The notes beneath the pieces are model-generated. The model saw only the letters and a program-made list of their open reading frames with translations, ran no database searches and had not been told where the DNA came from. A DNA stretch of 17,038 nt from an uncultured Verrucomicrobiae bacterium (lineage in GTDB: Bacteria > Verrucomicrobiota > Verrucomicrobiia > Limisphaerales > JAFGQR01). Shown here piece by piece: positions 1 to 6,739 of the stretch (its first letter is position 1; the number at the start of each line of letters is the position of its first letter). The DNA is taken from positions 1-17,038 of the forward strand of contig CAWBHS010000018.1 in assembly GCA_963788655.1 (NCBI GenBank). Reading direction: 5' to 3'. The position numbers and the translations under genes are program-made.

Positions 1-14
1 CGAGGCCGTGCGCC

Positions 15-36
15 CCCCTGACCCAACGGGCAGGGG
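15..36 (-). terminator. GC-rich hairpin immediately after the response regulator stop codon (possible terminator or 3' stabiliser)
   Basis: CCCCTG-A-CCC-AAC-GGG-CAGGGG forms a 9-bp stem with one bulge, adjacent to the stop at 37-39. There is no U-tract, so it is not a canonical intrinsic terminator. Confidence 0.25.
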
Positions 37-730
37 CTAAAGAATGGTCAACTGGACGCTGCTCTCGATGATGCCCGCGCCGATGGCGTAGCGGGTGAGG
101 CCGGCGGTGTCGTGGATGTTGAGCTTGTCCATGAGATGCTGCCGGTGTTTTTCCACGGTCTTGATGCTGATGCCCAGTTCCGCCGCGACCTGTTTGTTGG
201 CCTTGCCTTCGGCGATCAGTTGGAGCACCTCCATCTCGCGCGAACTCAGCCGGACGCCTTATGCTTGCCCGATTTCTCCTGGTCCGGTGCCGACGCGTTT
301 TGATTGGGAGCCGCCTGGCTGATCGCAGGGCTGAAAAATGGTTCCCTTTTTGGACTTCCCGAATCGCCGCGGCCAGAATGTGGGCGGAGGTTTGTTTGAG
401 CAGAAAACCCGCCGCGCCCAACGCCATCACTTGCTCGACATACGCGTCATCACTGTGCGCGGAGAGAATGAGCACCTTCGTGCCGGGAACGGCTTTGAGG
501 ATTTGCCGGGTGGCTTCCAGGCCGTTGAGCAGCGGCATCGCGATGTCCATCACCACCACGGCGGGACGAAGTTTTCGGGCCAGGGCCACCGCCTGGCGGC
601 CGGTTTCCGCTTCGCCGACCACCTCGATATCCCCTTCGGCTTCCAACAAGGTCCGAAGGCCTTCGCGGACAATCGTGTGGTCTTCCGCCAGCAGAACAGT
701 GATGCGTTCTATGGGCGTGGTCTGTTTCAT
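37..730 (-). CDS. NarL/LuxR-family DNA-binding response regulator (REC + HTH), frameshifted in the linker at about 250-340
   Basis: My translation from ATG 730 gives MKQTTPIERITVLLAEDHTIVREGLRTLL...VVVMDIAMPLLNGLEATRQI...VLILSAHSDDAYV...GFLLKQ. The ORF track misses this frame because it runs off the window end. The C-terminal frame (37..234 plus codons just upstream) gives LSSREMEVLQLIAEGKANKQVAAELGISIKTVEKHRQHLMDKL, a LuxR HTH. Confidence 0.93.
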
Positions 731-749
731 AGATTTTCAATGTCTGGCG

Positions 750-2166
750 TCAGCGGCTTGATCGGCTCTTCCGCGCCGGGTTGGTTCCGAAAGGAATCTG
801 CGCCCGGATGGTGGTGCCCTGGCCGGGGGCGGATTCGATGCTGAAGTTGCCGCCGACCATCTCCACCCGCTCCCGCATGCCGAGCAGGCCCAGGCGTTGA
901 TTCTTTTTGGCGTGCAGCACCCGTTCCACCTCGAAGGATTTGCCGTTGTCCGTAATTTCCAGGTGAAGCGCGGTCGATAGTTTCCGAAGGTTCACTTCCA
1001 CCCGGCTGGCGTGCGCATGTTGGGCGACATTGGTCAGCGCTTCCTGGGCGACGCGGTAAAGCACCGTGCGCGTGGCATTGTCCAATTCGTCAATCCGGCC
1101 GGAAGCGAAACGTCGTGAAATGAACGCGGATGCCCGTCCGCTTCGTGAACTCTTTCATGAAGGCGTGCAGCGCGGGAATCAGCCCCAGGTCGTCCAACGC
1201 GGTCGGGCGCAATTCCCGGGCGAACCGATGCACGATGTTCACCGACTTCTCCACCAGCCGTTGCGTGCGGGCGATCTTCTGTTTGAGCCCCCGGGGGTTG
1301 ATCGCGCCGGCCCGGGCCAGGGTTTCGAGATGGACATTGATGCCCACCAGGGTTTGGGTGATTTCATCATGCAGCTCCCGGCTGATGCGCTTCCGCTCTT
1401 CCTCCTGTGCTTGCAGAATGCGATGGGACAGATGCCGCAACTGCTCCTGCATCTGGTGCGATTGCTCCAACATCTGGCTCTGGTGTTGTTCGCTCTTCTT
1501 GAGGGCGGCCTCCACCGCCTGGCGCCGGACGATCTCCCGCCGCAGCTCCCGGTTCGCGACCGCCAGCGCCTCCATGCGGCGTTGCGCTTCCTTCGCCCGC
1601 TTGAGGACGGTAATGTCCGAAACCGCCACCCGGCACCATTGGCGCGGACTGCTGAGCGAGACGGCGGACGCGGCGTGAAAATCGGCCCAACACGTGCCGC
1701 CGTCTTCCTTCCGCAGTTCCGCCTCGCAGACTTGTTTGCCGGCCCCGGCGAAGACGTGTTCCAGAAAGGCCAGCAAGGCCGGCCGGCTCGTCGGGACCAC
1801 AAAGCGCGGGAAGGACCGGTTAATGAGCCGGGATCGTTCGACGCCCAGCAAGGCGGCGCCGGTCAGGTTCACTTCCAGGATCCGGCCCTGTTCATCCAGG
1901 GAAAAATAGCCCACCGGGGCGAAGTCGTAGAGGTCGGTGTATTTATCGAGCAGCACCTCCATCCGGTCCCGGGCTTCCTGCAGCTCCGTGTTCTGCATCT
2001 CCATTTCCACCTGGTGAACCTGCAATTCATGGACCAGGCGGTGGGAGTCGGTCGCCGACCGCTCGTCGGCAACCGTTTCTCCCTGGTTCCTCCGCCGGTC
2101 GCGCAACCGGGTTTCCGCGCGACGGCGCAACTCGGCGGGGGAAACCCTGGACTTTGGCGATTTCAT
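750..2166 (-). CDS. PAS-domain sensor histidine kinase (HisKA_3 + HATPase), one frameshift near 1108
   Basis: ORF 1090..2166 has a PAS (DLYDFAPVGYFSLD) and an H-box (EERKRISRELHDEITQTL). ORF 750..1085 has LYRVAQEALTNVAQHA, ITDNGKSF and LGLLGMRERVEMVGG. Removing one base from the A-run at 1108-1110 joins them. Confidence 0.93.
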
Positions 2167-3489
2167 GAGGTTGTTTTGGTCTTTCCTCGTTTTGAGGGTT
2201 TAACGGTCGGCTCCAGTGGCGCCCGTAGCGTGAAACGGCTGCCCCGGCCCGGCGCGCTTTCAATCTCCACTTGGCCGCCCAAGAGGCGGAGACGCTCGCG
2301 CAATGCGAACAGGCCAAACTGGCTTGCGGACGAGGCGATCGTCGGCAGGTGGGCGGGATTGAAGCCCTTCCCCTGGTCGCTGACCACAATTCTCACCTGC
2401 CTGTCCACCGAATCCAGGTCCACCCTCGCGGACTTCACCTGGGCGTGCTTGGCGACGTTAAACAACAATTCCCGCGTGGCCTGGTACAACAGAACCTCCA
2501 TGTGTTCCGGCAGCGACGCCGGGGTCGTCCGGGCGGCTACGCGCACGGTGAGGCCATGTTTTTCCCGCATCCAACGGCCGAGCCAGCTCAACGCGGCGGC
2601 CAAGCCCTGCTCGGCCAGGATGGGCGGGCAGAGTTCCACGGCCAGTGTTCGGGAGGCATCCATGGACTGCGCGAGGATCGCGTCCAACTTCCGGAGCGTC
2701 CCTTGCGCCCGGGCGGGGGCGTCCTGCCGGGCGGCATCCAGGAGATACCTGGCGCCCGCCAACAGTTGTTGCAGATGATCGTGGAGGAGTTGGGCCAGTC
2801 GGGCCTTTTCCCGCTGCTCGGCCCGCGTCAGTTCGATGGCCATCTGGTGAATGATCGCCGTGCGTTCGCGGACCCGCTCTTCCAGTTCGACATTCAGCTT
2901 GCGGATTTTCACCGCTTGCTTGCGCTCGATGATATCGGTGAGCGCCATCAGATACTGCTGGGTGGGGCTGGATGTATCCCGGCGATAAATGGAGCAAAGC
3001 TGGACGGGCACCACGCGACCGTCGGCCGCCATCAGGTCCACCTCGGCGGTTACGTTGGCTTCCGCGGCGGCCGCAGTCAGCAGGTGCTGCCGAAACGTAG
3101 CCCGGTGCGGGCGGGGCCACGCTCTCCAGCAGGAGCGTGCCGGCCAGTTTCCCCCGCGGCTTGCCCAGCAGTTTGGCGGCGGCAAAGTTCAGCTCCCGGA
3201 TCCGGCCGCGGTCATCCAAACTCACATAGCCGATCGGCGCGAAGTCGTACAGGTCCGAGAATTTTTCGGCGCTCGCCTGCGCCTGGGCGTGGGCCTGGAT
3301 CAGTTCCTCGTTCTGCATCTCCAACTCAATCTGGTGGACTTGCAGCTCATGGAGCAATCGCTGGGTGTCGGGAGCCGACCTCTGCTTGTTGACCTCTGAC
3401 TGCTGGTTCCTCTGTCGCTTCCGCAACTGGGCTTCGGCGCGGCGGCGCAACTCGGCGGGGGCGACGGAGGTCTTTGGTTTACGATTCAT
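2163..3489 (-). CDS. PAS-domain sensor histidine kinase (HisKA_3 + HATPase), one frameshift near 3110
   Basis: The N-terminus comes from 3489 (MNRKPK...HELQVHQIELEMQNEEL...DLYDFAPIGY). It continues in the 2163..3185 frame with LAQLLHDHLQQLL, RELLFNVAKHA, VSDQGKGF and FGLFALRERL. The stop overlaps the next start as ATGA (2163-2166). Confidence 0.92.
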
Positions 3490-3508
3490 AGCGCGGTCTT
3501 TTCTGGAA

Positions 3509-3787
3509 GTGATCAGTGATCAGTGATCAGTGATCAGTCATCAGTCATCAGTGATCAGTCATCAGTCATCAGTGATCAGTCATCGGTCATCGGTCATCAG
3601 TGATCAGTCATCGGTCATCGGTCATCGGTCATCGGTCATCGGTCATCGGTCATCGGTCATCGGTCATCGGTCATCGGTCATCGGTCATCGGTCATCGGTC
3701 ATCGGTCATCGGTCATCGGTCATCGGTCATCGGTCATCGGTCATCAGTCATCGGTCATCGTCATCAGTCATCGGTCATCGGTCATCA
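3509..3787. repeat. Heptamer tandem array GT(C/G)ATC(A/G), 40 units, downstream arm of cassette 1
   Basis: Counted by hand: mixed GTGATCA/GTCATCA/GTCATCG units, 19 perfect GTCATCG at 3607-3739, and one 6-nt unit at 3761-3766. Confidence 0.98.
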
Positions 3788-4226
3788 GTGGTGTTGAAGT
3801 ATGAAACGGTGGATTCGCTCAGCGTAAAGGAAGGTTCGCCACAAAAGGAGGCGGCTTTTTCGATCATCGAGTTCAACCTGCGGCCCAGTTCAGCCAGGGC
3901 GCCGTTCAGGCTCCTGGCCGCTTCCTCGGTCAGGTAACCACAATCAGCCGCGGTGTGGATCCAGGGTTGGGTTTCCTGCTGTTCCCCGTCCGCATCCGTA
4001 AGCTTGCTGACGAAGTGCTTTTCGTAACGCCGTCGTGCCCAGGCTTCCGCGATCTGCGCTCCGACTGACCGGGAGGATCGCCTTGCCTGATCCGTCAGCG
4101 AATACATCTCTTCTCTGGGGAAACGTCTGGTCATTTCAAAACGCGTTTTGCAATCGTCCTTGCCTTCTGAAAGACGATCAAGTCCCTAAAGCTGCGCGCA
4201 TGCGGCAATTGATTCAATTCACTCAC
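3775..4226 (-). CDS. Four helix bundle protein (TIGR02436 / 23S rRNA-IVP, Avd-like), copy 1; frameshift at about 4140 (error or pseudogene)
   Basis: Contains SFRDLIVFQKA...FPREEMYSLTDQARRSSRSVGAQIAEAW...FVSKLTDADGEQQETQ.W. About 94% nt identity to 6104..6544. It has T4 where copy 2 has T5 (4138-4141). The start is uncertain: GTG 4226, TTG 4217 or an in-frame GTG at 4244/4253. Confidence 0.88.
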
Positions 4227-4243
4227 TCGCTTTCTATCGTTCA

Positions 4244-4320
4244 CACTGGTCACTGGTCACTGATTACTGGTCACTGGTCACTGGTTACTGGTTACTGGCC
4301 ACTGATTACTGGCCACTGCT
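4244..4320. repeat. Heptamer tandem array (C/T)ACTG(G/A/C)(T/C), 11 units, upstream arm of cassette 1
   Basis: CACTGGT/TACTGGT/CACTGAT/TACTGGC units. The array overlaps the last codons and stop of the hybrid kinase. Confidence 0.95.
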
Positions 4321-6015
4321 CATCGCTCCCAAAACCCGGGCAAGGATCTCCCGCAGTTTGTCACTGTCAAATGGTTTCGCCAGTCCGCCGGCGAATCCAT
4401 GGCCTTCCGGTTCCATAATCACGGGATCGGCGGCGTATCCGCTCATGACAATCGCCTTCACATTCGGGTCAATCTTAAGCAGCGACTGGATTGTCTCTTG
4501 GCCCCCGATGCCGGCGCGAACCGTCAGGTCCAGCATGACCGCGTCGAAAGGACGCTCGAGGCGTTGCGCGTTGCGGTAAGCCTCGATTGCGCTCTGACCT
4601 TCTTCCACCAATTCCACTTCCAGACCCAGCCGCCGGAGCGTCGTCCCGATCACGTCCCTTACTCCCTCGTCGTCATCCATCACCAGGATCCGGCCCGGCC
4701 GTGGAAGAGTCGCCGGCACCGCGGCGTTCTCTTTCTCGGGCAACTTCTGGGAAACGGGAAGGTCAATAAAGAACGTGGTCCCGAGCCCCACTTCGGACTC
4801 CACGGCGATCGCGCCGCCATGTTTCTGAATGACCGAATGGCAGATCGTCAGCCCGAGCCCCATCCCCTTTTGGGTGCCTCGCTGCTTCGTCGAAAAATAG
4901 GGATCAAAGATCTTCGGCAGCGTCTCCTTCGCCATACCGCCGCCGTGGTCGGCAATGCTCACCCGAACGTAATCGCCGGGCGGCAGGGAAGGTTTCTCAT
5001 GGGGCCCCAGAACTACATTCTCCGCCCGGATCGTAACCACGCCGCCCGTCGGCATCGCCTCCCGCGCATTCAGGACCAGGTTCCGGATGACCTGTCCGAG
5101 CTGGGCGGCGTCCACCTCGGCCCGCCAGAGATCATCCGCCAGGGCGAATTCAGACCGTACCTTGGAACCGCTCAAGGCCGCCCGCGCGGATTCCGGGATC
5201 ACCCCGGACAGACAGGTCGGCTTCCGAAGCGGCGCGCCTCCTTGGGCAAACGTAATCAGTTGCTGGGTCAAGCCGCGGGTCGTCAAGGCGGCCTGCTTCG
5301 CCGCCTCGAGATGACTCGCCAATTCCTTCCCCGGAGGGGCGAGGATTTGGGCCATTTCGAGATTCAGGAGAATGACCGTGAGCAAATTGTTGAAATCATG
5401 GGCGATGCCGCCCGCTAAAATCCCCGTGGACTCGAGCTTGCTCAGAATGAGACGATCCGCCTCGGCCCGCTGTTGCTCGGTGATGTCCTCCATTACGGTG
5501 CGGCACTCCCGCCCCGTCACCGCCATCTCGGCCTCCAATCGTATCGCCACCGGGGAATTGCCATTTTTGAGGAGCTTTACCTCGCAGCACTCCCGGGCCT
5601 TGCCCGCGAAGACCTGCTGGAGAAAGGCGTTGTAAACGGGCAGGCTGGGTGCGGCCAGGAACGTCCCGAAACGCCGCTTGAGCAAGCGGGCTCGTTCGCA
5701 CCCCAGCAAGCTGGTCGCGGTGAGGTTGGCCTCCTGAATTGTTCCCTCGCGGTCGAGGGTCAAGTAGCCCACCGGGGCGAATTCGTAAAGGTCGCTATAT
5801 TTTTCCAGTCCCGCCTCGATCTCGTTCCGGGCGTGCTGGAGCTCGTCGTTTTGCAGCTCCAACTCGATCTGGTGGACTTGCAACTCGTGAAGGAGGCGCT
5901 GCGTGTCGGCTTCGGCCCGGTCCGGTCCCGCTCCCAGGTGTTGCTCGCGCAGGCGTTCTTCGGCGCGACGGCGCAGTTCGGCGGCATCGGCTGTGGGGGG
6001 CGGTTTCTTTTGCAT
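4306..6015 (-). CDS. Hybrid sensor histidine kinase (coiled coil-PAS-HisKA-HATPase-REC), 569 aa, intact
   Basis: H-box GIAHDFNNLL, N-box NLVLNAREAM, DHGGGM, FDPYFSTK, GMGLGL, and a receiver with ILVMDDD...DAVMLDLTV...VMSGY...LAKPF. An SD-like AGAAAGGA lies upstream. Confidence 0.96.
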   Translation of the reverse strand: MQKKPPPTADAAELRRRAEERLREQHLGAGPDRAEADTQRLLHELQVHQIELELQNDELQHARNEIEAGLEKYSDLYEFAPVGYLTLDREGTIQEANLTATSLLGCERARLLKRRFGTFLAAPSLPVYNAFLQQVFAGKARECCEVKLLKNGNSPVAIRLEAEMAVTGRECRTVMEDITEQQRAEADRLILSKLESTGILAGGIAHDFNNLLTVILLNLEMAQILAPPGKELASHLEAAKQAALTTRGLTQQLITFAQGGAPLRKPTCLSGVIPESARAALSGSKVRSEFALADDLWRAEVDAAQLGQVIRNLVLNAREAMPTGGVVTIRAENVVLGPHEKPSLPPGDYVRVSIADHGGGMAKETLPKIFDPYFSTKQRGTQKGMGLGLTICHSVIQKHGGAIAVESEVGLGTTFFIDLPVSQKLPEKENAAVPATLPRPGRILVMDDDEGVRDVIGTTLRRLGLEVELVEEGQSAIEAYRNAQRLERPFDAVMLDLTVRAGIGGQETIQSLLKIDPNVKAIVMSGYAADPVIMEPEGHGFAGGLAKPFDSDKLREILARVLGAMSSGQ

Positions 6016-6036
6016 GGCGTGGTCCTTTCTTTAGGA

Positions 6037-6113
6037 GTGATCAGTGATCAGTGAACAGTCATCAGTGATCAGTGATCAGTCATCAGTGATCAGTCATCAG
6101 TGATCAGTCATCA
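6037..6113. repeat. Heptamer tandem array GT(G/C)ATCA, 11 units, downstream arm of cassette 2
   Basis: GTGATCA/GTCATCA units plus one GTGAACA. The array contains the stop codon of the four-helix-bundle gene. Confidence 0.97.
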
Positions 6114-6544
6114 GTGGTGTTGAAGTATGAAACGGTGGATTCGCTCAGCGTAAAGGAAGGTTCGCCGCAAAAGGAGGCGGCTTTTTCGATCATCGAGTTC
6201 AACATGCGGCCAAGTTCAGCCAGGGCGCCGTTCAGGCCCCTGGCCGCTTCCTCGGTCAGGTAACCACAATCAGCCGCAGTGTCGATCCAGTGTTGGGTTT
6301 CCTGCTGTTCCCCGTCGGCGTCCGTAAGCTTGCTGACGAAATGCTTTTCGTAGCGCCGTTTCGCCCAGGCTTCCGCGATCTGCGCGCCGACCGACCGGGA
6401 GGATCGCCTTGCCTGGTCCGTCAGCGAATACATCTCTTCTCTGGGGAAACGGCTGGTCATTTCAAAAACACATTTCGCCACGGCCCTTGCCTTCTGATAG
6501 ACGATCAAGTCCCTAAAGCTGCGCGCATGCGGCAATTGATTCAT
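6104..6544 (-). CDS. Four helix bundle protein (TIGR02436 / 23S rRNA-IVP, Avd-like), copy 2, 146 aa, intact
   Basis: Family signature recognised by eye: SFRDLIVYQKA...FPREEMYSLTDQARRSSRSVGAQIAEAWAKRRY...ETQHWIDTAADCGYL...LGRMLNSMI. Confidence 0.93.
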   Translation of the reverse strand: MNQLPHARSFRDLIVYQKARAVAKCVFEMTSRFPREEMYSLTDQARRSSRSVGAQIAEAWAKRRYEKHFVSKLTDADGEQQETQHWIDTAADCGYLTEEAARGLNGALAELGRMLNSMIEKAASFCGEPSFTLSESTVSYFNTTDD

Positions 6545-6571
6545 TCACTCACTCGCTTTCTTTCGTTCACA

Positions 6572-6739
6572 CACTGCTCACTGGTTACTGCTCACTGGTC
6601 ACTGGTCACTGGTCACTGGTCACTGGTCACTGGTCACTGGTCACTGGTCACTGGTCACTGGTCACTGGTCACTGGTCACTGGTCACTGGTCACTGGTCAC
6701 TGGTCACTGGTCACTGGTCACTGGTTACTCTTCACTCAT
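6572..6739. repeat. Heptamer tandem array CACTGGT, 24 units (19 perfect at 6593-6725), upstream arm of cassette 2
   Basis: Counted by hand. Degenerate end units are CACTGCT, TACTGCT, TACTCTT and CACTCAT. The last unit overlaps the CheB/CheR stop. Confidence 0.98.

Noticed and set aside
3509..3787. CRISPR array
   Set aside because: These are contiguous 7-bp units with no unique spacers, and no cas genes are present.
3530..3937. + strand ORFs with SSVIGHR repeats (also the SLVTGHW repeats in 4035..4418 and 6290..6784)
   Set aside because: These are translations of stop-free heptamer DNA, antisense to the real genes.
3775..6544. Diversity-generating retroelement (Avd-like gene plus TR/VR pair)
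   Set aside because: There is no reverse transcriptase in the window. Differences between the two copies involve all bases and many are synonymous, not adenine-specific.
3775..6570. Assembly artefact duplicating the cassette
   Set aside because: The copies differ by about 26 substitutions with many synonymous changes, and they have different arrays and flanks.
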